Below are positions 37,500-45,837 of a DNA stretch of 60,099 nucleotides, one piece after another. The translations under genes were made by a program, and so were the position numbers. Under the pieces are notes generated by a model. It saw only the letters and a list, made by a program, of their open reading frames with translations, did not search any database and was not told the DNA's origin. Every line of letters begins with the position of its first letter. The first letter of the stretch is position 1. Source of the stretch: Thermoplasmatales archaeon (lineage in GTDB: Archaea > Thermoplasmatota > E2 > UBA202 > JdFR-43); NCBI GenBank assembly GCA_014361245.1, contig JACIWB010000001.1:70622-130720 (forward strand), given 5' to 3'.

Positions 37500-38375
37500 T
37501 TAATAGGGCGGTTTCCAGAAATCCAAAATATATTCAAAGGTTGTTCCAAGAGTGATATAGTTACTCGGGTAGCCAAATATACCAACCTGATTTACTAAGT
37601 TTCTTCTATCCCATATAATAGTGTTTCTAAACTCATAACCTACTTTTTCTAACTCTTTTATCACATAAATATGAATAGGTATTCTTTTGTTTTCCCACCA
37701 TAAATCATTTACATTTATAATGTTATGGGCTTTTGTTTTAAGAAGAGGTAAAATGCCTTTATAAATTTCCCCCAATACTTTTGCGTATTTTTTTGGTTTC
37801 ATGATTCCTAAATCTCTTGGGTCATTAGAATATTGCTGAACTTCAAGATAATATTCATTTTCTCTTAAATCTCCTCTTAAACTTTTATTTAGTCTCGGTC
37901 TGTTTAGCATATTAGCATATGGAGGGGATGTAACCGAAAGAGCAACAGTTTCTTCTTCTAAATATTGAGGGATATTATGAGCATCATCACATATTGCGAT
38001 TTGTTGGCTGTTTCCTACTAATCTTTGTTGTGATAATCTCTTTTTAGCAAAATCAATGTAATCTTTCTTTAAATCAAAGCCAACCGCATTTCTATCTAAA
38101 TCTCTCGCAGCAATTAGTGTTGTTCCTATTCCTACAAAAGGGTCTAAAACAAGCTCTCCTCTATGAGTAAGAAGCTCAATACATTTCTTTGGTAATCCAA
38201 TCGGAAAGACTGCTGGATGGATTTTTTTATCTCTTATATCTCTCCTTTCGTAATAGAACTCCCAAATTGCTACTTGACCTTTGACCCAATCTTTTGGCTT
38301 AATACAGCTTATATAGTTGGGTGGGCAGTTGCATGTTCTTTGGTAGTTTATTTTTAGTTTTTCAATCATCCTCAA
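37500..38375 (-). CDS. DNA methyltransferase, N4/N6 (PF01555-like) family, probably N4-cytosine
   Basis: Motif I is LVLDPFVGIGTTLIAA, preceded by HPAVFPIGLP, and motif IV is TSPPY (SPPY is typical of m4C enzymes). The gene is tail-to-tail with the endonuclease gene, with no intergenic nucleotide. Confidence 0.85.
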   Translation of the reverse strand: MRMIEKLKINYQRTCNCPPNYISCIKPKDWVKGQVAIWEFYYERRDIRDKKIHPAVFPIGLPKKCIELLTHRGELVLDPFVGIGTTLIAARDLDRNAVGFDLKKDYIDFAKKRLSQQRLVGNSQQIAICDDAHNIPQYLEEETVALSVTSPPYANMLNRPRLNKSLRGDLRENEYYLEVQQYSNDPRDLGIMKPKKYAKVLGEIYKGILPLLKTKAHNIINVNDLWWENKRIPIHIYVIKELEKVGYEFRNTIIWDRRNLVNQVGIFGYPSNYITLGTTFEYILDFWKPPY

Positions 38376-38544
38376 TCCTCCTAGGATTTACCTCAATAAT
38401 CATTTTATTACTTTTAACTTTTAATATCCATTCCAACTCATCTCCTTCTTTTAAACCAAATTGCTTTACAATGCTAATTGGGATAGTAGTTCTTAATGAA
38501 TTTCCTGTTGTAGATGCTTTTGAAATAATTGTTTTAAATCCCAT
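38362..38544 (-). CDS. AbrB/SpoVT/MazE-type swapped-hairpin DNA-binding protein
   Basis: GNSLRTTIPISIVKQFGLKEGDELEW is the AbrB-like looped-hinge motif. The 3' end overlaps the methyltransferase start by 14 nt. Start taken at internal ATG 38544 (MGFKTII). Confidence 0.65.
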   Translation of the reverse strand: MGFKTIISKASTTGNSLRTTIPISIVKQFGLKEGDELEWILKVKSNKMIIEVNPRRIEDD

Positions 38545-38772
38545 TTTAATCAAATATAAAATACAATTCAAAATATAAATTTTTTGGAAAAAAAATTTGT
38601 AATAAAAGTTACCTAAAAATTTATACGCCTGATTGCATAAATTCCTTTGAGTAAAATATTTGATAAGGGCGCCAGTAGATGAGCAAAATTTTAAGGATTT
38701 CTAAGTGGAAATGAAGAAATAAAAGAATTTAATATAGTAAATTTTATAAATTAAATTCTTTTTATAAAATAT

Positions 38773-39081
38773 ATGATTAAAAATATTTCAAAAGAAATTT
38801 TAATCAGAAAATCTTTACAGTATATGCAAAATATTCACAAGCTATTAGGACAAAAATATGTTCGACTAATTTTGGAGGAATTAGAGAAAGATGATAAAAG
38901 TTTTAGTGAAATTGCTTATAACGTTGTAAAAAATACCGCTATGGCAAACAACACTCTGAAAAAACTCCTTGCAGAGAATTTCGTAAAGAAAAACAATAAA
39001 GGTAGAAAAACAATATATTCTATTACGGAAAAAGGTAAAGAATTGCTAAATTATATTAGGGTTGGTGATAAATTTGAATGA
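38773..39081 (+). CDS. Small winged-helix transcriptional regulator
   Basis: RLILEELEKDDKSFSEIAYNVVKNTAMANNTLKKLLAENFVKKNNKGRKTIYSITEKGKELL shows an HTH followed by a wing (K.GR...Y.iTekG). Confidence 0.65.
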   Translation: MIKNISKEILIRKSLQYMQNIHKLLGQKYVRLILEELEKDDKSFSEIAYNVVKNTAMANNTLKKLLAENFVKKNNKGRKTIYSITEKGKELLNYIRVGDKFE

Positions 39082-40045
39082 TTATATTTTATTAAAAAAA
39101 GTGAAAATAAAATTTCAGGAAAGAAAGTTAATTAATGGAGAAACAAAAATTCTTCCTATACAAGTAGGAGATGGCTCAATAATAAAATTGTTTGATAAAA
39201 CTCCATATCCTAAAAAAGAGAATGATGTTGTGTGTCCTCATTTTATTGAATTGAAATGGGCTAATGGATGCAATTTCAACTGTGCATGGTGCTATTTAAA
39301 TGGAACTTTTAGATTTAGACCAAATGGAAAAAAGCCATATGCAAAAAATATCGAAAAAGTTAAATCACATCTTTTATCCTTTTTCGAGCAGGTAAAAAAA
39401 CCTTATGTTTTAAACAGCGGAGAAATATCAGACAGCTTGGTTTTTGAAGGAACTGAATATGCAATTACAAAAACTATAATCCCTCTTTTCTTACAGCAAG
39501 ATAAACATAAGTTGTTAATACTTACAAAATCAGTAGATATAAATGACTTACTCAAAGTTCCATCCGACAAAATAATAGTAAGTTATAGCATAAATGCGGA
39601 AGAAGTAGCAAGACGGTGGGAAAAAGCTCCATCAATAGAAAAAAGATTAAAGGCAATAAGCATTCTTCAATCTGCTGGTTTTGAAATAAGATTAAGAATA
39701 GACCCATTAGTTTCTATTGAAAATTGGAAGGATTGTTATGGTAGATTAATTGAGGAAATGATTAATAAATATGAAATAAATCCATCAAGAATAACTATTG
39801 GCTCTTTGCGTGGGCTCCAAACAACTATTCAACACTCTTTGGATAAATCATGGGTTGTTTATCTAAAAGAAAGCACAAATTGGGGTAAAAGAATTGATTT
39901 TGATAGCAGGTTTAAGATGTATTCATTCATTATTGAAAAGCTGGAAGGAGAGGGGATTAGAAGCATAGCATTCTGCAAGGAAACAATAAAAATGTGGAAT
40001 AGTTTAGGAAAGGATTATAAAAAGATTGAATGCAATTGTTTATGA
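39062..40045 (+). CDS. Radical-SAM protein, SPL/COG1533-like (the three-Cys-motif partner of the adjacent TcmP-like gene)
   Basis: A CxxxCxxC motif is present in LKWANGCNFNCAWCYLNGTF (~39269-39293). The size (327 aa) and TIM-barrel-like alternation fit. The start overlaps the wHTH gene by 20 nt. Confidence 0.65.
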   Translation: MVINLNDYILLKKVKIKFQERKLINGETKILPIQVGDGSIIKLFDKTPYPKKENDVVCPHFIELKWANGCNFNCAWCYLNGTFRFRPNGKKPYAKNIEKVKSHLLSFFEQVKKPYVLNSGEISDSLVFEGTEYAITKTIIPLFLQQDKHKLLILTKSVDINDLLKVPSDKIIVSYSINAEEVARRWEKAPSIEKRLKAISILQSAGFEIRLRIDPLVSIENWKDCYGRLIEEMINKYEINPSRITIGSLRGLQTTIQHSLDKSWVVYLKESTNWGKRIDFDSRFKMYSFIIEKLEGEGIRSIAFCKETIKMWNSLGKDYKKIECNCL

Positions 40046-40954
40046 TGAAAATTCATCCAATAGTTTTATTCCTTTTTCTTTTGCTATAGCCTTTTTATAA
40101 AATTTAAAATTTTCTTTCACCCATTCATCCTCTTTTATCTTCTTTATATAGGGTTCGAATTTCTTAGAAATTATTTTATAGGCATCTGGAACAGAAGTCG
40201 CAAAAATAAGATAATATATCACATTATCAGCGGTTGTTTGATTAATATTGAAATAAACTGTATCATATCCTAATCTGCTTAGTTGAGAGATAAAAATATC
40301 ACAAATTGCTTGATGAAATTTTTTCCCATTTCTATCTATCAACCATTTTCTCCACTCTTGTGTTCCTATTGCCTTGTCTACACTACATAAATACTCATTT
40401 TTCTTTGCTTCTAAAAGATTTTTTCTTTTAGATTGTTTAATATATTGTTGCATAGTGTAGGTCATAAGAGTTATTATCAATTCTGGTTTTCTAATATAAT
40501 CGGGGGAAGAAAAAGAATGACTGCTTATTTCCTTAATTGTTGAGAAATAGAGATGATTATGATTTGAAGGGTCGAGAAAGAATATACTCCATTCGTTGGA
40601 AGGAATTAATTTTAGAACTTTTTTATATACAACATTTGTGTCTTCATTAAAAATCTTTAGAACATATTCGTTATACGGCTCTAAAGCTATTTTTAAATTG
40701 TTAATTTTTGAGGCATCTATATCATTAAATATACATTTCAAATATAGGTTTTCTTTTTTTGCGTATTCAAGAAGACTAAAGTAAGGAGGGGCCCATTTCT
40801 GCAAGGGTGCTCTATTACATTTACATATTCCATCCCCGGCATACAAATCCACATAAAATAATTTTTTATTTTTGCCTTTCATAACATTTCTACATATCCT
40901 AAAGTAACACCCAAGAATCCTATGTTTTAAAGATGTATGGGGTTTCACTTCCAT
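40040..40954 (-). CDS. TcmP-like protein (three-Cys-motif partner protein family, function unknown; Rossmann/MTase-like motifs)
   Basis: The N-terminus KPHTSLKHRILGCYFRICRNVMK..KKLFYVDLYAGDG and the later IFFLDPSNH match my recollection of TIGR04474. The 3' end overlaps the rSAM gene 3' end by 6 nt. Confidence 0.5.
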   Translation of the reverse strand: MEVKPHTSLKHRILGCYFRICRNVMKGKNKKLFYVDLYAGDGICKCNRAPLQKWAPPYFSLLEYAKKENLYLKCIFNDIDASKINNLKIALEPYNEYVLKIFNEDTNVVYKKVLKLIPSNEWSIFFLDPSNHNHLYFSTIKEISSHSFSSPDYIRKPELIITLMTYTMQQYIKQSKRKNLLEAKKNEYLCSVDKAIGTQEWRKWLIDRNGKKFHQAICDIFISQLSRLGYDTVYFNINQTTADNVIYYLIFATSVPDAYKIISKKFEPYIKKIKEDEWVKENFKFYKKAIAKEKGIKLLDEFSS

Positions 40955-40963
40955 ACATATCCC

Positions 40964-41158
40964 TTATTTCTTTTTTCTGGTTTTCCATGCTTTTTTTGCT
41001 GCCTCGCTCCTCTTTTTTCTGTTAGTTTCTATCCATAGTATTATGGCGTCTTCTAAAGCTTTCTTAAGATTTCCTTTTTTCATGCCTTTTTGTCTATATA
41101 CTTCTTCTCTGAACTCCTTTTCCAACTCATCAGATAATATTACATCTATTCTACCCAT
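40964..41158 (-). CDS. Ribbon-helix-helix (CopG/MetJ-like) protein with basic tail
   Basis: MGRIDVILSDELEKEFREEVYRQKGMKKGNLKKALEDAIILWIE is a beta-strand plus two helices, followed by RKKRSEAAKKAWKTRKKK. The gene lies 10 nt upstream of the TcmP-like gene. The internal ATG at 41158 is preferred over the track start at 41212. Confidence 0.6.
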   Translation of the reverse strand: MGRIDVILSDELEKEFREEVYRQKGMKKGNLKKALEDAIILWIETNRKKRSEAAKKAWKTRKKK

Positions 41159-41316
41159 AACACCAATATTTAATTTTAGAATATAAACTTTTCTGTATAT
41201 CCACTTAACCACAAAATTTATAAACTCTAAAAATATTAACTTATGTGGATATACACAATTAAAAGATATACCGCCACAGGCTCCTCCTAATCCCCAGCCT
41301 GTGACGGGAGGAACTC

Positions 41317-42900
41317 ATGTCCTCAAAAAATAATAAAAGCAGGATTAATAAGCATAACGCCGTATTCATAGATACAAGAGTAAAGAAAAGGATAGATAAC
41401 AGCATCTACTCTATTTTTAAATACTCAACAGAAAATGAAATAAAAGTTGTAAATTTAATTTTACAACTTGATTTGGGTTTACTCAAGAAAAAGAAGTATA
41501 GAGAGATAAAGTATTCTTATGAAGGATTATTGAAAGCCGTTCTTTTGATGAAATTAAAGAATATAAAATTTATAACGGAATTGGTTGAATATCTCCAAAA
41601 CCATAAAAGGGAGGCAAAGAAACTAGGACTAAAACAAGTTCCAGATAGGAGAACATTCAGCTACTTCATTAATCATGTTTTGGATGATAAAACAAAAGCC
41701 ATGATTGATTATATAGCAAGAAAGATTATGGAGATTGCCGACAAATTTTCCATAGATTTGAATATTGAGCCAGCAATAGAAAAGCCAAAGAAGAAAGTGG
41801 CTAAAAGCACGATTTATCATAAAAAGAATAAAAAATCAAAGGAGTTAGCAAGGTTGCTTAAAAAGAAAATATCACCATTTTTAGAGTTAAATATAGGAAA
41901 AAATGCAGTCTATAAGAAAAATGATTTTGTTGACTTGTTAATCCATTTAGCATTAACCCAAGATTTTGCAGAAAATGGTTCAAAAACTCTGAGAGAAATT
42001 AGAAAATGTGTTCCAGATGCAGACACCTTGCTTTATCATTTAAAGAAATACAGTAATTTGAAGGATTTGCAGAGAATATTCACAATCATTTTTGAAAAGA
42101 TATGGGAAATGGCAAGAAAAGAGAATTTATTCAACCCCTATAGGAAATATGATGTTGCAATCGATTTTACAGATTGGTTATTTTATGGAGATAAAACAGC
42201 CCCTATGATTGTGGGAACAAAACCAAAGGATGGAACTGATAAGTGTTATAGATTTGCTACAATTAATATTGTTGAAGCAGATAGGAGATTTACTCTCCTT
42301 GCTTTACCAGTTGGTCACTTTGATAAAAAAGAAGATATTTTGGCAAAATTGATAGAATATGCAAAACAGAGGATAAGAATCAGGAAAGTTTATTTGGACA
42401 GAGGATTCTTTTCCACCAAATGCATTCAAACCCTCAATAAACACCACCTAAATTTCTTGATGCCATGCACTTCATATTCTACCGTCATTCATTTATTGAA
42501 AATATCGCCAGCTCCTTCTGTTGTAAAAGATTTTAGAATAGGAGATGTGCTAATAAATGTGGTAATTGTTGAGAGTGATGGAAAGAAATACGCTTTTGCA
42601 AGCAATGAAGACTGGGATGAAAATGATGTTGACTTGGCAGATAAAATTTTTAGGCAATACGGAAAAAGATGGGGAATTGAAACAAGTTATAGAGTCAAGA
42701 AACATTCATTTCGCCCAAAAACCACCTCAAAGAACTATCTCATAAGATTTTTTTATTTCATGTTCTCTGTTCTGATGTATAATCTCTGGATTTTATTGGA
42801 TATTATTCTTTGCATTCTCGTTTTTGGAATGAAAAAAGCAAGGCATATTATAACTTCAAAGTTATTTGCAACAATATTTTACAAGTCAGGAGATGGATAA
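41317..42900 (+). CDS. IS4-family DDE transposase (527 aa, apparently intact)
   Basis: The landmarks are VAIDFTDWLFYGD, VYLDRGFFS and YGKRWGIETSYRVKK (the Y-(2)-R-(3)-E-(6)-K signature). I could not define the element ends. Confidence 0.8.
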   Translation: MSSKNNKSRINKHNAVFIDTRVKKRIDNSIYSIFKYSTENEIKVVNLILQLDLGLLKKKKYREIKYSYEGLLKAVLLMKLKNIKFITELVEYLQNHKREAKKLGLKQVPDRRTFSYFINHVLDDKTKAMIDYIARKIMEIADKFSIDLNIEPAIEKPKKKVAKSTIYHKKNKKSKELARLLKKKISPFLELNIGKNAVYKKNDFVDLLIHLALTQDFAENGSKTLREIRKCVPDADTLLYHLKKYSNLKDLQRIFTIIFEKIWEMARKENLFNPYRKYDVAIDFTDWLFYGDKTAPMIVGTKPKDGTDKCYRFATINIVEADRRFTLLALPVGHFDKKEDILAKLIEYAKQRIRIRKVYLDRGFFSTKCIQTLNKHHLNFLMPCTSYSTVIHLLKISPAPSVVKDFRIGDVLINVVIVESDGKKYAFASNEDWDENDVDLADKIFRQYGKRWGIETSYRVKKHSFRPKTTSKNYLIRFFYFMFSVLMYNLWILLDIILCILVFGMKKARHIITSKLFATIFYKSGDG

Positions 42901-43145
42901 CATGATGCTTGCAGTTTGTGTTTTTTACAAAATATGTGTCTATTGTGAAGTAACATAATTTTGGTGGGATTTGCTGTTTTTAACGCAAATTGTTTTCTAT
43001 AATGTGGTTTTAATTCACTATTTTCCTTTTAATTTATGGTTAGATAATAGTATTATCTGCAAACCTTCATGGCGTTTTTATTGCACCTTCGGAACTACTG
43101 AATTTAATGGATAATTTTAAATATAAAATTTAATTCTGATAAAAG

Positions 43146-43520
43146 ATGATTAGAATGCTTGTTATAGAAGATGAGGAACCAATCCAGGAATTAATAAAGG
43201 AATATCTCGCCCCTTTAAAATTAGAAATACATCAGGCATTTAGTGGGGAGGAAGGAGTGGAAAAATATAGAGAACTTTTTGAAAATAAAAAAAGACCCGA
43301 CATAGTTATAATGGATCTAAAGTTGCCTGGTATAGATGGGGTTGAAACAACAAAGAGAATACTAAAAATTGATTCTGAAGCAAATGTCTATGGTTTCACT
43401 GCCTACTTTGGCACTGAATGGGCAAAAGAGCTGGAAAAGGCGGGCGCAAAGGGAATTATAGCAAGACCTGTTGGTTTTGATGGTTTTAGGGAAATAATAA
43501 AAGAATTGTTGAAAATATAA
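43146..43520 (+). CDS. Stand-alone CheY-like response regulator receiver
   Basis: MLVIEDEEPI and DIVIMDLKLPGIDGVE (phospho-acceptor Asp) are present. There is no output domain and no kinase in the window. Confidence 0.85.
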   Translation: MIRMLVIEDEEPIQELIKEYLAPLKLEIHQAFSGEEGVEKYRELFENKKRPDIVIMDLKLPGIDGVETTKRILKIDSEANVYGFTAYFGTEWAKELEKAGAKGIIARPVGFDGFREIIKELLKI

Positions 43521-43522
43521 TT

Positions 43523-43906
43523 TTATCTGCTAAACCATAGCTCTTCCGGTATTTCTGAATAAATGTCTTCGTAATCTTCTTCTTCCACTTTTTCCTCTTT
43601 TCTTCTTTTTCCTTTTTCCTTGTATTTTAATATCGCCTCTTTGTTAATACACCAGTAATGGGTGCGCCAGCTCCTGCCGTCATAAATTGTTGTTTCTTCT
43701 CTTTCAGTTAGGAGCATCCCCTCTTCTTCAAGAATATAAAATAACTGCCTGTCCTCAGGCTCAAGTATATTGTCAATTATTCTGTCTTCAAAGCCAAATA
43801 AATCCATAACAAAATTTGCATCCTTTAAAGCAGATTCATAATCTATATCAACACGAGATGCTATTGCCATAGCAAGATCTTCGAGTGTGATAATCATGGG
43901 AAACAT
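43523..43906 (-). CDS. Hypothetical protein with acidic/lysine-rich C-terminus
   Basis: It is a clean ORF flush against the response-regulator gene. No motif is recognised. Confidence 0.5.
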   Translation of the reverse strand: MFPMIITLEDLAMAIASRVDIDYESALKDANFVMDLFGFEDRIIDNILEPEDRQLFYILEEEGMLLTEREETTIYDGRSWRTHYWCINKEAILKYKEKGKRRKEEKVEEEDYEDIYSEIPEELWFSR

Positions 43907-44011
43907 AAATATTTTTTTATATAAAAATTTAGCGATATTGCCAAGTATTTCCGAATGTGAAGCAATGAATTGTTGTTGTTAGTGTTCTACAACAAATTCT
44001 GGATGAAAATT

Positions 44012-44037
44012 TCCTTTATTTTATCCAAAATAAAGGA
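44012..44037. other. Perfect 11-bp stem / 4-nt loop hairpin in a 495-bp ORF-free spacer
   Basis: tCCTTTATTTTatccAAAATAAAGGa, read directly from the sequence. Confidence 0.6.
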
Positions 44038-44401
44038 TTTCACAGGCTTTTTGGAAAATTTGCTATATCTTAAAAAATAATAGAGAAGATACTCCTGTAT
44101 CAATGCAAGAAATAGGAATAAAACAATTTCGACTGAATTAAAATGTTAATTATCCTTTTCATCTTATTCTCCCTTTTTTCCTTAATCTTTTACAACCATT
44201 TTCTGGCTATCTATCGTTGAGTATAGATAAGAGAAGCCAGCAATTTCTCATCTCTGTATGATTAATTATATCTTGAATAAAAATTTATCTAATATTCCTT
44301 AATGATTTATTATTGCCTCAGGACTTTAATTTTTTCTAAATTTTCACTTTCAGAAATACTGAAATTTCAGTTAAATTTTTAAATATAAATTCCATAACAG
44401 C

Positions 44402-45262
44402 ATGAAAGATAAGATAACAAATGCCATCGCTGATTTAATTTCTTCTGCTGTAATTGATTTGTCCTCAGATGTTGAAGAGGCACTGAGGAAGGCGATGGAA
44501 AAAGAAGATGAAATAGGAAAAGCGCAACTTAAAGCAATTCTTGAAAATGTTGAGCTTGCAAGAAAACAGAAAAAGCCAATTTGCCAGGATACAGGAACAC
44601 CAACTTTTTTTGTAAAACTGGGAGTAGATTTTCCATATAGAGGTATAATTGAAGAAGCAATTGTTGAAGGAGTAAGAATAGCAACAAAAAATGTGCCTCT
44701 GCGCCCGAATGCGGTTGACCCTATAACAGGAAAAAACAGCGGTGATAATACAGGAAATTTTGTTCCCCCGATACACTGGGAAATCTTTAAGGGAGAGGAT
44801 TGCATAATTGTTGCGATGCCCAAAGGAGGGGGCTCGGAAAATGCTTCTGTTGTAAAAATGCTTCCTCCGGGAGTGGGAATTAAAGGAGTTAAAAAATTTG
44901 TGCTCGAATGGATTGCATCGCTTGGCGGCGACCCCTGCCCGCCCACAACTGTAGGTGTTGGGATTGGTGGGAGTGCGAATGTCGCCATGGATTTAGCAAA
45001 GAATGCATTGATAAGGAAAATAGGAGAAAGGCACAAAAACAAGGAGATTGCAAAAATTGAGGAAGAGCTTCTGGAGGCGATAAATTCTACTGGTATAGGA
45101 GCAATGGGGTTAGGGGGAAAAACAACAGTGCTTGATGTGCATGTTGAAGTTGCTCATCGCCATCCCGCATCACTTCCTGTTGCAATAGCTGTTCAATGCT
45201 GGGCAAATAGAAGGAAAAGCATTAAAATAGATAAGGAGGGAAAAATATGGAATATAGATTGA
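44402..45262 (+). CDS. Class I (Fe-S) fumarate hydratase / tartrate dehydratase, alpha subunit
   Basis: PICQDTGTPTFFV, NVPLRPNAVDP and GVGIGGSAN are present. The gene overlaps the beta subunit gene. Confidence 0.9.
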   Translation: MKDKITNAIADLISSAVIDLSSDVEEALRKAMEKEDEIGKAQLKAILENVELARKQKKPICQDTGTPTFFVKLGVDFPYRGIIEEAIVEGVRIATKNVPLRPNAVDPITGKNSGDNTGNFVPPIHWEIFKGEDCIIVAMPKGGGSENASVVKMLPPGVGIKGVKKFVLEWIASLGGDPCPPTTVGVGIGGSANVAMDLAKNALIRKIGERHKNKEIAKIEEELLEAINSTGIGAMGLGGKTTVLDVHVEVAHRHPASLPVAIAVQCWANRRKSIKIDKEGKIWNID

Positions 45263-45837
45263 ATTTACCAGTCGGCGAAGAAGAAATTTTGAAGATAAAA
45301 GCTGGAGATGTTGTGTATTTAAATGGCACGGTTGTAACCGCAAGAGATGAGGCACATAAAAAAGCAATAGAAATGTATGATAAAAAAGAAAAATTGCCAA
45401 TTGATTTTTCAAAAGTTGCAGTTTATCACTGCGGACCAATAGTAAAGAAAGAAAAGGAAGGATGGGTTGCCATTGCAGCTGGTCCAACAACAAGCAGAAG
45501 AATGGAGATATTTGAATACGATTTTATAAAGAGATTTGGAACCAGAATAATAGTAGGCAAAGGGGGAATGGGTGAAAAAACAGGCAAAGCATGCAAGGAA
45601 TTTAAAGCAATATATGCAGCATTTACTGGCGGGGCGGCGGTTCTTGCTGCGAATGCAATAAAAGAAGTTAGAGGTGTTTTCTGGCTTGAAGAAATGGGTA
45701 TGCCAGAGGCACTATGGGTTTTTGAAGTTGAAAATTTTGGTCCTCTGGTAGTTACAATAGATGCTCACGGGAAGAATATAACTGAAGAGGTTAAGGAAAA
45801 AGCTAGCGAAATTGTTAAAAAAATTGAATTCAAATAA
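45247..45837 (+). CDS. Class I fumarate hydratase, beta subunit
   Basis: GDVVYLNGTVVTARDEAHK, AAGPTTSRRME, IIVGKGGMG and FGPLVVTIDAHG are present. Confidence 0.9.
   Translation: MEYRLNLPVGEEEILKIKAGDVVYLNGTVVTARDEAHKKAIEMYDKKEKLPIDFSKVAVYHCGPIVKKEKEGWVAIAAGPTTSRRMEIFEYDFIKRFGTRIIVGKGGMGEKTGKACKEFKAIYAAFTGGAAVLAANAIKEVRGVFWLEEMGMPEALWVFEVENFGPLVVTIDAHGKNITEEVKEKASEIVKKIEFK

Noticed and set aside
36980-37585. 201-aa minus-strand ORF
   Set aside because: It is antisense to the MvaI/BcnI-like endonuclease gene and runs into the methyltransferase 3' end. It has no motif, and the plus-strand product has clear family landmarks.
32900-43145. SSV-type integration with the integrase split into Int(N) and Int(C) at the island borders
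   Set aside because: No C-terminal integrase fragment (R..HxxR..Y region) and no tRNA gene are present at either island border. The fragment ends in a junction with the PKD gene instead.
44371-45042. 223-aa minus-strand ORF
   Set aside because: It is entirely antisense to the fumarate hydratase alpha gene, which has strong family motifs. Its translation is low-complexity (S/P/F/I-rich) with no recognisable motif.
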